From Octopus bimaculoides (Eukaryota), in contig NC_068989.1 of NCBI RefSeq assembly GCF_001194135.2, positions 5,205,240 to 5,257,989 on the forward strand: a stretch of DNA of 52,750 nt. Reading direction: 5' to 3'. The position numbers and the translations under genes are program-made. This document shows, one piece after another, positions 25,271 to 36,986 of the stretch; positions within the stretch are counted from its first letter, which is position 1, and each line of letters begins with the position of its first letter. The notes beneath the pieces are model-generated. The model had not been told where the DNA came from. It worked only from the letters and a program-made list of their open reading frames with translations, and ran no database searches.

Positions 25271-25939
25271 GTTGGTGGTAAAATTCTTCTTAAAGGCCCA
25301 TCCTCACAATAACAGTTCCTTCATGCCACGAGCCCCGGACCGTCATTTTATATGTTGTTATATATGTATAATCCATCAACTAATTCATGTATGCTTCCAT
25401 ACACACACACACGTATATACTCTATCATATTCATTCACACACGCGCATACATACAGCAATATCTATATATATGTATGGTATATTATGGTGTATGCTTGTA
25501 TGTATACACGTTATCATATACACACAAACACAACACGCATACACATATACATATATAAATATGTATGCGCATACATACACTCAAACATGTAGACATATAT
25601 ATCTACGTTTGCACAACATGTCTACATAGACGTATACACGGCTTAAACGGCGTACATATTCGTGCGCTTACTCGCATTACGTTTCACTTTAGACGAGTCA
25701 AGTGCATCTTCCTTCTGCTGCATCATAACAGACCAAAGTGAACGGCAGTCTCCGTCTGCCTGAATGTCTGCACGTCTGTACGCAGTTACATTTCTCCCCT
25801 CCTCCATCTCTCTCTGGGTTTCTTTCAGTCTCTCACTTACCATCTCTCTTGCAATCTCTCTTGCTATCGCTAATTCTCTTTCCCTACCTACATACATACA
25901 TACTTACATACATGCATACATACATGCATACATACACAG

Positions 25940-25984
<45 letters not shown>

Positions 25985-26247
25985 NNNNNNNNNNNNNNNN
26001 NNNNNNNNNNNNNNNNNNNNNNNNNNNNNNNNNNNNNNNNNNNNNNNNNNNNNNNNNNNNNNNNNNNNNNNNNNNNNNNNNNNNNNNNNNNNNNNNNNNN
26101 NNNNNNNNNNNNNNNNNNNNNNNNNNNNNNNNNNNNNNNNNNNNNNNNNNNNNNNNNNNNNNNNNNNNNNNNNNNNNNNNNNNNNNNNNNNNNNNNNNNN
26201 NNNNNNNNNNNNNNNNNNNNNNNNNNNNNNNNNNNNNNNNNNNNNNN

Positions 26248-26285
<38 letters not shown>

Positions 26286-26288
<3 letters not shown>

Positions 26289-26550
26289 TCATCATCGTTT
26301 AACGTCCGCTTTCCATGCCAGCATGGGTTGGACGATTTGACTGAGGACTGGTGAACCAGACGGCTACACCAGGCTCCAATCTGATCTGGCAGAGTTTCTA
26401 CAGCTGGATGCCCTTCCTAACGCCAACCACTCCAAGAGTGTAGTAGGTGCTTTTACGTGCCACCGGCACGAGGGCCAGTCAGGCAGTACTGGCAACGGCC
26501 ACGCTCAAAGTGGTGTTTTTTACGTGCCACCTGCACAGGATCCATATATA
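26286..26550 (-). mobile_element. RTE-clade LINE 3' end or RTE-tailed repeat
   Basis: Minus strand ends CCCATGCTGGCATGGAAAGCGGACGTTAAACGATGATGATG, a typical RTE (GAT)n tail. Confidence 0.75.
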
Positions 26551-27123
26551 TATGTGCCTGGTGCCAATATGAGTCGCAGGCTCAGGGATGTGGGAGCGCC
26601 GTGGGAGCGCCGTGGGAGCGCAAAAAATTGCTGATAGAATAATATTGGCAAAAACCCCTACATGTCTAGTAATAGCAGTCAAAACCACCATAAACACTCA
26701 TGTTCGATACCTTCACAATAAAGCTGTCGGCGGGCGACATGACATAAAATTCACAACTTAAAAATAAAAGGTTAATTCTCTATTGCAATTTAGAAGTTAG
26801 GAACCTAACGGCTCCACTTTTCTCTTCAGGAGAATATTCCCATAGATATAAATTGACAAAAACCCCCCCCAAAAAACCCCGACCGGCAAGAATAATGTGT
26901 CAACCTCTATCCACACATTCAAATTCTGAATTCCAACGTCATGCACAGCGTTTATGAGAAAAGACCGGTAAATCGAGCCACAGCAAATACACCGGATATG
27001 AGTGGAAAAATTGAACAATCAAAAAGAAATGTAAAAATACATTATGAATATATCAATGACCAAAACACGTAATCATAAATTTCATAAAATAAGTGTGTAT
27101 AATTATGAATAAATCACAATTAT

Positions 27124-27245
27124 ATACGTTAAGAGTACACGTGTCTGTGGAGTGCTCAGCCACTTGCACGTTAATTTCACGAGCAAGCTGTTCCCTAGAT
27201 CGTATCAACTGGGACCGTCGTCGACGTAACCGACGGAGAGCTCCT
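27124..27245 (+). mobile_element. 3' body of SINE family D variant
   Basis: Begins TACGTTAAGAGTACACG (compare CTACTTTAAGATTACACG near 322-339) and ends CGTAACCGACGGAG, the reverse complement of 18-31. Confidence 0.6.
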
Positions 27246-27465
27246 TTAATATAAGATTTTGTTGTTAAGGTTTATGTGTAATAAATTGGTTATATTTCTA
27301 CAAAACAAAATATTTAATAAAATTTTAATACAGTTCCTAATTATATTTAATTATAAAAATATAATCGGGTTTTTAGAACATCAAATGTCTATGAGGGTCC
27401 ATTCGAATAAAATAGGAATCAAAGGGGTCTATAGGGAAACATTGCTGCGAAACACTGATTCAGAG

Positions 27466-27560
27466 CAGTGGTTCCCAAAGTGGGTGGTACTGTCCTCCCT
27501 GCGGGCGGCGGAAAGATCAAGGGGGTGTTGAAGAAAAGTAGGAGTGATAGATGTAACCCC
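27466..27560 (+). mobile_element. hAT/Charlie-like terminus
   Basis: CAGTGGTTCCCAAAGTGGGTGGTACTGTCC..., a classic Charlie-type TIR start. The other end was not seen. Confidence 0.6.
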
Positions 27561-27639
27561 CGCCCTCTTAAATGATGGGTTAATTAGGTTAAGTTTTATT
27601 TATGAAATGCTGTTGTTTTTAATTTGCTGCAGAAACTGG

Positions 27640-28133
27640 TCTCCGAAGCATCTACTGAATTTTGCTGATGCTAAGTTCCAGCGCAGTCCTCCAGATGGAC
27701 TTATCGCGAATGTCTTTTCGCTTTCCGGATGGATTTTTGTGAATGTCTGCTTCAGGATTTCGGTGGTTTTATCAATGGTGATAGTAGCAGGCCTTCCGCT
27801 GCATGGTTTGTCAAGAACAGAGCTTCTTTCGAGAAACTTGCCATGGATAACATAAATAACATAGATTGTGCTACGTGTTGGAGCAGTGTGACGGCCATAA
27901 ACCTTCTCAAACTTGCGATGAACTGCTGTAGGGGACTGAAAAACTTCTTGTCAGGCGGCAGTTTTGCAACGCTGCTCTAACGTCAATTGGCGAGCCATGG
28001 GCAAGGCAATGATACACTTACAGAAACTGCAAAGCCTAAGGTGTCAAATGTCGATGGCCTCACGTCTCTCCGAATAATACCTGAAACGAAATAGAAAAAA
28101 GAAAGCGTATAGTGACTTTTGGAACACCCTGTA
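27640..28133 (-). mobile_element. Tc1/mariner DNA transposon 5' half: TIR plus decayed transposase N-terminus (DUF4817-like HTH)
   Basis: TA|CAGGGTGTTCCAAAAGTCAC terminus at 28133 going down. From ATG 27998: MARQLTLEQRCKTAA*QEVFQSPTAVHRKFEKVYGRHTAPTRSTI...KF...SVLDKPCSGRP, then KSIWRTALELSIS in another frame. Confidence 0.85.
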
Positions 28134-28229
28134 TTGATCAAATGTTTGTGCTGTATATAAGCTCACTTCCTCCATCAAATCGACTTTGTCTGTACAAACG
28201 CACGATGTACAACACGTCAGATGTCGAAG

Positions 28230-28350
28230 TGATCACAGAACAACGTGAAATGAAGTGTTTTCCTCAAGAACACAATGTACAGCCCCGTCTGGGAATTGAA
28301 ACCATGATCTTGCGAGTGACTCTTTAACCACTAAGCTACGTGTCCTCACC
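28230..28350 (-). mobile_element. SINE family D head
   Basis: CAACGTGAAATGAAGTGTTTTCCTCAAGAACAC...GGGAATTGAAACC...TAACCACTAAGCTACG. Confidence 0.75.
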
Positions 28351-28632
28351 CGTGGCAGTAGTTAGTAACAAAAGTTCTTGTTCGGCATAAAGACTTTCCA
28401 GTCGTGACTGTTCCCACTTTTTAATAACTAGGTCTTCATTTCCTAACGTGACCTTTTCCCCCTTTTTTTTAGCACAACCCTTCACTAGTTATAAGCGAGT
28501 TCGAATCAGTCTTACAAAATAGTTAGGTGTGAGTTGAGGGCGGTTAGGCTGGTATTGCTAGCAAGTCAAGAGGTCGTATTGAGACCGCCTTCTTTGTGTG
28601 GCATAGGTACTAGTAGTAGTTGTAGTAGTAAT

Positions 28633-28666
<34 letters not shown>

Positions 28667-29261
28667 ATTGTAGTAGATGACTGAAACGACACACTGCTGA
28701 ATGAGCAGTGATTATACTCCAAAGAAGGAAACAAAAACGAAAAAAATGAAGGGAAACACGTATTCATGCGCGCTCTCACGCACACACACGCACACACACG
28801 CGCGCGCGCACACACACACATGTTTACCACGTTAATCGCTAATCCGCTTTAAACTTGAACTAGGAAACTTCCCTCACTATACTAATAATAATAACGACCC
28901 CCCCCCCGAAATAAAGCGAAAACTAAATAAAACAACGAATTCCGATTAAAAAACAAACATCTTCTGAGCTCTTGTTATTGAAGTGAATCTATTTCTTCAG
29001 AAAGGGTGGGGGCTGAGAGATTGCAAAGCTAAATAGTGGGGGCGGAGGGTCCAACCTTCTGTGATTACATATCGTGTTTGATATCATATAAGACGCACTT
29101 TTTCTCAAAAAGAACAGAAATATGTCTCGGCGAAATCATTCTGGGCTCTATATACGAACTTGGGCCTCCTATACGAACATCCCTGATGTTCGCTGCTGGG
29201 GACTATATTTAATCCAGACAGTATCTTTTACTTTGCGTGGTTTCATTATAGCTTTTATCTT

Positions 29262-29444
29262 TTACTCTTTTACTTGTTTCAGTCACTTCACCGCAGCCAC
29301 GCTGGGGCACCACCTTAATGAATTTTAGTGGAACGAATCGACCCCAGTACTTATTCTGTCGATCTCTTTTTAACCGAACCGCGAGGTTATGGGGATGTTA
29401 ACAAACCAACAGCAGTTGACAAGCGGTGTTAGGACACACAAATG

Positions 29445-29476
<32 letters not shown>

Positions 29477-29618
29477 CGACGGACTTCTTTCATCTTCTGT
29501 CTACCAAATTCAGTCACAAGGCTTTGATCGGCCCGAGGCTATGGTAGAAGACACTTGCCCATGGTACTACGCAGTGGGACTGAACCCGGAACCATGTGGT
29601 TGGAGAGCGAGCTTCTTA
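29262..29618 (-). mobile_element. SINE family A, near full length, internal (TCTA)n
   Basis: Tail, body, microsatellite, then CTGTCTACCAAAT...AAGACACTTGCCC...GGGACTGAACCCGGAACCATGTGG on the plus strand. Confidence 0.9.
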
Positions 29619-29842
29619 TTTCTTTATTGCTCACAAGGGGCTAAACATAGAGGGGACAAACAAGGATAGACAAACGGATTAAGTCGATTACATCGACCCC
29701 AGTGCGTAACTGGTACTTAATTTATCGACCCCGAAAGGATGAAAGGCAAAGTCGATCTCGACGGAATTTGAACTCAGAACGTAACGGCAGACGAAATACC
29801 GCTAAGCATTTCGCCCGGCGGGGTAACGTTTCTGCCAGCTTC
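29615..29842 (-). mobile_element. SINE family B, full length
   Basis: Well-preserved head, core and tail (GGGGCTAAACATAGAGGGGACAAAC). Confidence 0.9.
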
Positions 29843-30224
29843 TTACCACACAGTCACGCCTGTACTGCTAACCTCCTTATACCGTAATGTTTTCTGTTAT
29901 AGTTAAGGTTTCCTAATGTGCTACTGCTAGTCTGTTTTCAATTTTACATGCTTTTATAGATGAAAACCTTTATTTGCCCTGAGCATGCGCTGCAAGAATC
30001 TGGGTGCATCTAATATGTGCATCATGCGTCTTTGATGCCATCAAATACGGTTTACTGTCAGTGCATTCAGGAAGCAAATGACTGGGGGTGGGTACAGTTG
30101 TGAGGTCTTTAAGGAGTCAGAATAACCCGGGTTACTAATGGAGGGCATATGAAACGCTGCGACTTTTTAAGTGATACGCAATGGATTAAAAGAAAACGAA
30201 AGAAAAAAGAAATGAAGTCTGGTT

Positions 30225-30710
30225 AAGAAGCTCGCTTTGCAACCACGTGCTTTCGGGTTCAGTCCCATTGCACGCCACCTTCGGCAAGGGTTTTCGACTA
30301 AAGCCTAGAAACAACCAATGCTTTGCGGGTAAATTCGGGAGAACTTGAGATAGCATAGTACTTTATTTTATCGACTTCGAAAGATGAAAGGCAAAGTCAG
30401 CCTTGGCAGTGTTTGAACTCAAAACGTGAAGCCGGAAGAAATGCCGCCAAGCATTTTGCCCGACGCTCTAACGATCGTGCCAGTTAGACGCCTTGAGAAC
30501 GTGGAAATAATCCTTTCCACTATAGGCTCAAAGCCTGAAGAAGGATGTTGGTCGATGGAATCGACTACTCGACTGATACTTATTTCATCGACCCCAAAAA
30601 GATCGAAGGCAAAGTCGACATCGACGGAATTTGAACTCACAGCGTAAGGACGGACGAAATGCCGTTAAGTATTTTGTCCGGCATGCTAACGATTCTGCCA
30701 GGTCGCTGCC
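30225..30710. mobile_element. SINE cluster: family A head (+), two family B copies (-)
   Basis: GGGTTCAGTCCCA near 30256; two GATGAAAGGCAAAGTC...TTTGAACTC cores near 30385 and 30600. Confidence 0.8.
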
Positions 30711-30774
30711 TTTAGAACGTGGAAATAACAACAATAACAGATCAACTTCAGCCAAGGAAAGAACTTCAAATGTC

Positions 30775-31610
30775 AATCGGATGGCTAGAAAGAGCAGCCA
30801 AATCTTTCTCAAATCATATATCCTATCTATCGTCTTATAAGCGGAAGGACACATTGATTACTGCAATCCAATATACACAATGTCCACAGAAAGAAGGGTT
30901 GGTCGCGGTTGGTATACTTTTGATTGTAGGCTGACCTTGGGCTAAAAAAGCAATAGTAACAAACCGTAATAGTAGCAACAACAACAACAACAAAATGCAG
31001 GAGCTCATGTGGGAGTCTCTACATGGTTGGTCGACTTGCTAGAAATATCAGCCAAATCTCTATCAAAACGTACCCTACCGTCTTAAAAAATATGTTGGAT
31101 AATGGTTTTATAGTATGTATGACAGGAATACTTTTGATCAGAGGCTTTACTCAATCAGGACTGACCTGGGGTTAAACAATAACAACAATAAACAACTACA
31201 AAAATGTCCGCAACATCGGAGCCTTTATAACTGCAGCGACAGATGATGCACAATAGCTACTGTAGTTGCACCAGCAAGTGCAGTAGAAGCAGCTAATTGC
31301 ATGAACAATCCCGACATCAGTAGCAACAACGACAACAACAACATTACAGTCATATGGGAAACAGCAGTAGCAGTTATAACAACAAACGAATCGAGGAAGG
31401 GTCGTATGTGTGGTTGCTCAACCCTGCTAGAAATAGAAGCCAAATCTCCCTCAGGGCTCACCTTACAATCTTAAAGAGATGAATGGAAGGGCTCACTAGT
31501 TAGTCTCAGGAACACTATTCTTGAAAAAGAAGGGACGGTCATGTGTAGATTGCTTTCGATCATTTGACGTGTTCTAACAGGACTTACTTGGGGTTAAAGA
31601 ACCGTAACGA
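30775..31610 (+). mobile_element. Three successive family C copies separated by AAC/CAG mosaics
   Basis: CTAGAAA(T/G)A(G/T)(C/A)AGCCAAATCT near 30787, 31040 and 31428; GACC(T)TGGGG(C/T)TAAA ends near 30935, 31165 and 31585. Confidence 0.7.
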
Positions 31611-31656
31611 CGACGACGATGTCAGTGACAACACATTTACAGTAGCAGATGTAATT

Positions 31657-31693
<37 letters not shown>

Positions 31694-32059
31694 CGTTAGA
31701 AGCGTCATCAACATCCGGGGCATCTGTATATTTCATGAGACTAAGGATTTCTACATAGAAAGTTCCTTCGCAAATCGTAGGCCCTGGACAATTTTTTTTT
31801 TTTTATAAAAGCTCAGCAGTTGCTCCTTTATGCAAGTCTCTCCACCATCGCTTGACAACCGATGTTGGTGTGCTTACGTCCCCGTAATAGTTTGACATCG
31901 GTATTATCGCAGGCGTTGCTATCAAAATGGTAAAAGCCTAAACAAAGATCCTTTCTACAATAGGCACAGGGCCTGAAATTTTAAGACAGGGTTCTTAATC
32001 ACTTTTTGCCCTTCAGAATCCCTTTGATTCCTATTTTGGTCGAGTGAACCCTCACAAAC

Positions 32060-32277
32060 ATTCCAGGGTTAAGAAGCTCAGGGAGATTCAGCGTGACACA
32101 GAGTGTGACAAGGCTGGCCCCTTTGAATTACAGGTACTACTCATTTTTGCCAGCTGAGTGGACTGGGGCAACGTGAAATAAAGTGTCTTGGTCAAGGACA
32201 CCACGCGTCGTCGGGAATTGAACTCACGACTTTACGATCGCGAGCCGAATGCCCTAACCACTAAGCCACGCACCTTT
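32060..32277 (-). mobile_element. SINE family D, well preserved
   Basis: Minus strand GGTGCGTGGCTTAGTGGTTAGGGCATTCGGCTCGCGATCGTAAAGTCGTGAGTTCAATTCCC, then the body shared with 260-320. Confidence 0.9.
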
Positions 32278-32279
32278 AC

Positions 32280-32311
<32 letters not shown>

Positions 32312-33428
32312 NNNNNNNNNNNNNNNNNNNNNNNNNNNNNNNNNNNNNNNNNNNNNNNNNNNNNNNNNNNNNNNNNNNNNNNNNNNNNNNNNNNNNNNNN
32401 NNNNNNNNNNNNNNNNNNNNNNNNNNNNNNNNNNNNNNNNNNNNNNNNNNNNNNNNNNNNNNNNNNNNNNNNNNNNNNNNNNNNNNNNNNNNNNNNNNNN
32501 NNNNNNNNNNNNNNNNNNNNNNNNNNNNNNNNNNNNNNNNNNNNNNNNNNNNNNNNNNNNNNNNNNNNNNNNNNNNNNNNNNNNNNNNNNNNNNNNNNNN
32601 NNNNNNNNNNNNNNNNNNNNNNNNNNNNNNNNNNNNNNNNNNNNNNNNNNNNNNNNNNNNNNNNNNNNNNNNNNNNNNNNNNNNNNNNNNNNNNNNNNNN
32701 NNNNNNNNNNNNNNNNNNNNNNNNNNNNNNNNNNNNNNNNNNNNNNNNNNNNNNNNNNNNNNNNNNNNNNNNNNNNNNNNNNNNNNNNNNNNNNNNNNNN
32801 NNNNNNNNNNNNNNNNNNNNNNNNNNNNNNNNNNNNNNNNNNNNNNNNNNNNNNNNNNNNNNNNNNNNNNNNNNNNNNNNNNNNNNNNNNNNNNNNNNNN
32901 NNNNNNNNNNNNNNNNNNNNNNNNNNNNNNNNNNNNNNNNNNNNNNNNNNNNNNNNNNNNNNNNNNNNNNNNNNNNNNNNNNNNNNNNNNNNNNNNNNNN
33001 NNNNNNNNNNNNNNNNNNNNNNNNNNNNNNNNNNNNNNNNNNNNNNNNNNNNNNNNNNNNNNNNNNNNNNNNNNNNNNNNNNNNNNNNNNNNNNNNNNNN
33101 NNNNNNNNNNNNNNNNNNNNNNNNNNNNNNNNNNNNNNNNNNNNNNNNNNNNNNNNNNNNNNNNNNNNNNNNNNNNNNNNNNNTGTTCAACGCCAATCCA
33201 TCGGCCTGGAGGGTCTGGTATTTTATCTTTTGACCCTGAAATGATGAGAAACAAATCTGACCTCAGTGGAATTTAGATACCAGAGAACAAAGAACAGTTA
33301 GTTTTCAGTGATGTTGCAGTTGCTACTGCTGCTGCTGTAGACTGAAAATGTAACCGATGGAAGAAGTTTTGTTGCAGAGCATGCCGGGAGATTCCGAAAC
33401 ACGAAATGTGTTCGCGCAACTAAACACA

Positions 33429-33460
<32 letters not shown>

Positions 33461-33666
33461 TTCACTCACTCACACACACACACACACATATATATATACA
33501 TAGACACACAAATACACACACATATTTACTCACACAAACACGCATTCACTCACACACGCACACACACAAGTGTGGGCTGGTATTTTATCTTTCGACCCCA
33601 AGATTCTAAAAAACGCAAAATTAACCTCAGTGAATTTAAATAATCTCAGAGTACAAGTTCAATCAA

Positions 33667-33866
33667 AATCGTTAGCACTCCAGACAAAATGTTTAGCGGC
33701 ATTTCGTCCGTTTTTACGTTCTGAGTTCAGATTCTGCCGAAGTCGAATTTGCGTTTCATCTCTTTCGAGGGTCGATAATATAAGTACTAGTTGGACCCTG
33801 GGGTCGATGTAATCTGATTACTCCCTTTCCCGAAATTTCTGGTACTGTGTCAAAATTTGAAATCAA
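33667..33866 (+). mobile_element. SINE family B
   Basis: CGTTAGCACTCCAGACAAAATG...GAGTTCAGATTC...GGGTCGATAATATAAGTAC...GGGGTCGATGTAATC. Confidence 0.85.
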
Positions 33867-33890
33867 TATGATTATAGATTCTGTTCTTAG

Positions 33891-33992
33891 TGGCTGGCCA
33901 TCAACGGTCAAGCTTGGCCGTACATCGTCAGACTCACTCCCGGCCTTATCACCCTGGGCCCAACGCGACATCGAGGACATACCCGCTGAAGG
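33891..33992 (+). CDS. Candidate internal exon (unassigned); two open frames: GWPSTVKLGRTSSDSLPALSPWAQRDIEDIPAE or AGHQRSSLAVHRQTHSRPYHPGPNATSRTYPLK
   Basis: TTCTGTTCTTAG acceptor and G|GTAAAA donor bracket a 102-bp unique, CpG-retaining segment of about 60% GC (hand count) between two SINEs. Confidence 0.4.
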
Positions 33993-34034
33993 GTAAAAGA
34001 ACCCCTTCAACACCCTGCGTGGTACTGATTTACA

Positions 34035-34140
34035 GCAGACTGGAGTAACGTGAAATGAGATGCCTAAATCAAAGACACAACGCGCTGCAGGCCCTGATAT
34101 TGAAGCCACGAACTTATAACCACTAAACTATGCGCCTTCA
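34035..34140 (-). mobile_element. SINE family D head, degenerate
   Basis: GACTGGAGTAACGTGAAATG...ACACAACGCG...TAACCACTAAACTATGCGCC. Confidence 0.7.
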
Positions 34141-35362
34141 TTTGTACAACTACCATAAGCCAGTCTGTCTGATGTTTTCCCAGCTCTACTAATTCCTCAA
34201 CAGCAGCAGCTCCAACAACAACAGCAGAAGCTAAATGTCTGTAGCCAGAATCCGCTGCAATATTTGCAGCAGAAACTGCAATTGTATTACACTCGCAGCA
34301 GCAGCAGTTATAGTCGTCATCGTCGTCGGCGTAGTAGTAGTAGTAGTAGTTATACGATTGCTCTACCATTGCAGCTATATGCTGCTTCAACTGTCGCTGT
34401 TGCTGTTGTTAGCGTTGTGTAACTTGGGTCAGTTCTGATCCAATCGACCTTATGGTCAACGGTGTTGCAGCAGTATCGAACCCGGCTCTTCCCGCTATGT
34501 ACTAGGAACTCACGGCAGCCTCATCGAAAGCGTCTTTCTCTAAGATGGAGAGAAGTGGTTTGCATTGGCATTGTTTGTAGCAGTTGTTGTTAGTGTTGTT
34601 TAGCTCCAAATTAGATCCGAACCTACAGAATTATGATCAAAACTTTCCAGATATGACCATCGAGTTTAAATTTTCAAGAAGTATGAAACTGGGACCACTA
34701 TTATGCAAGACGGTAGGATGCAATTTGAATGAGATTTGAATGAGATTTGACTGTTATTTCTAACAGATCGCACGGCCACGTACAAGTTTGCTCGTTAGCT
34801 GTCGTGTGTGTTGCTTGTGTTGTATTATTCAAATAGGACTTATGACTTAAAACAAGCCAGACGCGACCATCCTATCTTTTTGGCTTCACAGACCCAATGT
34901 GTCTAGGATCATATTATCTAATATGTTATTTCCTTGAGCTGCAGGGTGTGGTTGGCTTCTATTTCTAGCAAATTCGGCTCCCATATAATTGCTTCCATTA
35001 CTGTTGTTGCTGTGATTGCATATGTTGTTGATGTTGTTGCTGCTGCTGTTGTTGTTGTTGCTAGTGGTTTTATATGTTATTGTTGTTAATGTTGTGCTCT
35101 GTTATGTATGTCCTGCAGTTTAGTTTTCAACAATTCCAAGGTTTGGCTGCTATCTTTAGCCGGTCGTTCAACCACCGTCACTGGTTCGTGTTCTTGTCAT
35201 CTCATTACCAATATTCATGTAGTTGTTGTTATTGTTTTTACAACTGTTATTACCACTACTGTCGTTGTTTAGCCCCGGTCAGCTCTGATGGAATAAACTT
35301 ATAAAAAGACATTTCACCTGTGGCCACCACACTTTTTCTTGAGACATGCATCAGACACAAAG

Positions 35363-35581
35363 CAGTAACGCAGCTGGGGACGGAGAAATCCAAACCTGGG
35401 GACGGGGAAATCCAAACCTGGGGACGGGGAAATCCAAACCTGGGGACGGGGAAATCCAAACCTGGGGCCGGCACCTTTGGATTGCTGTATAAGCTTGTAT
35501 AGGATTGGGGGTCTGGCTGAGGGCCGGAGAGGAAAACTCAAGGGCTGCCCCGGGAGGGCAAACACTTTAGCCGCACCGCTG
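35363..35581. mobile_element. Probable hAT-type MITE with internal 22-bp minisatellite
   Basis: Ends CAGTAACGCAGCT and (reverse complement) CAGCGGTGCGGCT differ only by transitions. Flanks GACACAAAG and GAATCAAAG look like a decayed TSD. Confidence 0.5.
35374..35467. repeat. Minisatellite, 4 x 22 bp CTGGGGACGGGGAAATCCAAAC
   Basis: Units start at 35374, 35396, 35418 and 35440; one substitution in unit 1. Confidence 0.95.
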
Positions 35582-35859
35582 GAATCAAAGGCTACATTAT
35601 CCAATGTGTCATTCCTTTTCTAAAGACAGAAAAGTAAGGCTTGAAGATTTAGCTGCTATTTTTAGCACGTCCAATGACTAAATTGAGAGAGAGATTCCCT
35701 TGTTATTATATTATTGTTGTTGATGTTGTCACTAATAATGTCTTTTAGCATCAGCTCAGCCTGAATCCAGAGCACATGTAATGAAAAACATCTCAGCCGT
35801 GACTCTCCCATCTTTTTGCATATCTAAAATTATATTACTCTCAGTGGTCCCTTCCTTCC

Positions 35860-35862
35860 ATC

Positions 35863-35910
<48 letters not shown>

Positions 35911-36260
35911 CTCTACCCAGTACTTTTGGGAGGGTCACAGAGATAGAGTCCTCTGGCACCATCTACACAAGGTCCTATCGAAAGTAACAGCCATTAAAAC
36001 TTCTGGCCAGATTCCCAAGCTTTGACCAACTAAGACATTGGCTATTATCCAACCATCTCGTTCTTGGTCTACCCCTAAGTTTCCGACGCGCTTTACTTTC
36101 CCAGAAAGGCATTTGTCAAATTTGAAGGCTGGGTATTTGGGTCTCAGGCAGAAGCATTACTTTGCCTGCTAGAACCTTAGGGTCACTCGTCACATGTGGT
36201 CAGCATTCATGAGGGACGTTGGTCAGAACCGGCTCGACCTACCCCGGGTGGATGCAGGTA
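35860..36260 (-). mobile_element. RTE/Expander-like LINE 3' end with (GATA)n tail
   Basis: Minus strand LRGRPRTRWLDNSQCLSWSKLGIWPE matches the RTE C-terminal GRPRTRWxDYISxLAWxRLGI; ends GAGAAGATAGATAG. Confidence 0.8.
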
Positions 36261-36841
36261 CAGGTAGATATGCACCTTGTCGAGTAACATTAATTCAGAG
36301 GGACCCCATTTTCACTGCTTGTATTCGCGATCGAACTTCCTTTTTGTTTAAGGCACGTGGCTGCGATTGGAAGAGGATTTGACTGTTATTTCTCGCAAAA
36401 AAGTGCAGCCATGTAGAAGCTGCTTCGTTGATGTCTGCTGCAGGTTCTGGTGCTGCTGCTGCTGCTGCTGTTGTCTCTGCTGCTGCTTTTCATGTTGTTC
36501 TTGTCCTCACTCCTATTACTGCATTGTTTCTTTGTGCAGTAACTACTTCCGTTGCTGCTGCTGCAGTTGCTACTGACGCAAACCCTTTTGCTGCTGTTGT
36601 TGTTGTTGTTGTTGTTTAGTCCCAGGCCAGTCCTAATCGAATAGGTACTCAGACATAGGCAATCCAACTGTGACTATCCAGTTTTTTAATCAACCATAAT
36701 TCGTGCGTGCAATATGCACACACACACACACACACACACACGCATATATACACACACACATACGCGCACACATATATACACACATATAATGCAGGTATGT
36801 ATGTGTGTGTGTTTGTATATGTGTGTGCGTGTGTGTGTGCA

Positions 36842-36883
<42 letters not shown>

Positions 36884-36935
36884 CACACACATATACGCAC
36901 ATATAATGCAGGTGTGCATGTGTGTCTATGTGTGC

Positions 36936-36986
<51 letters not shown>

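Noticed and set aside
32215-32277. tRNA-like sequences with A and B boxes (also 12419, 17880, 52195)
   Set aside because: Each runs into a shared SINE body and lacks a complete acceptor stem.
35374-35467. Short regular arrays (also 41796-41895, 49731-49914) as CRISPR
   Set aside because: Units are contiguous with no unique spacers, and the context is eukaryotic with no cas genes.
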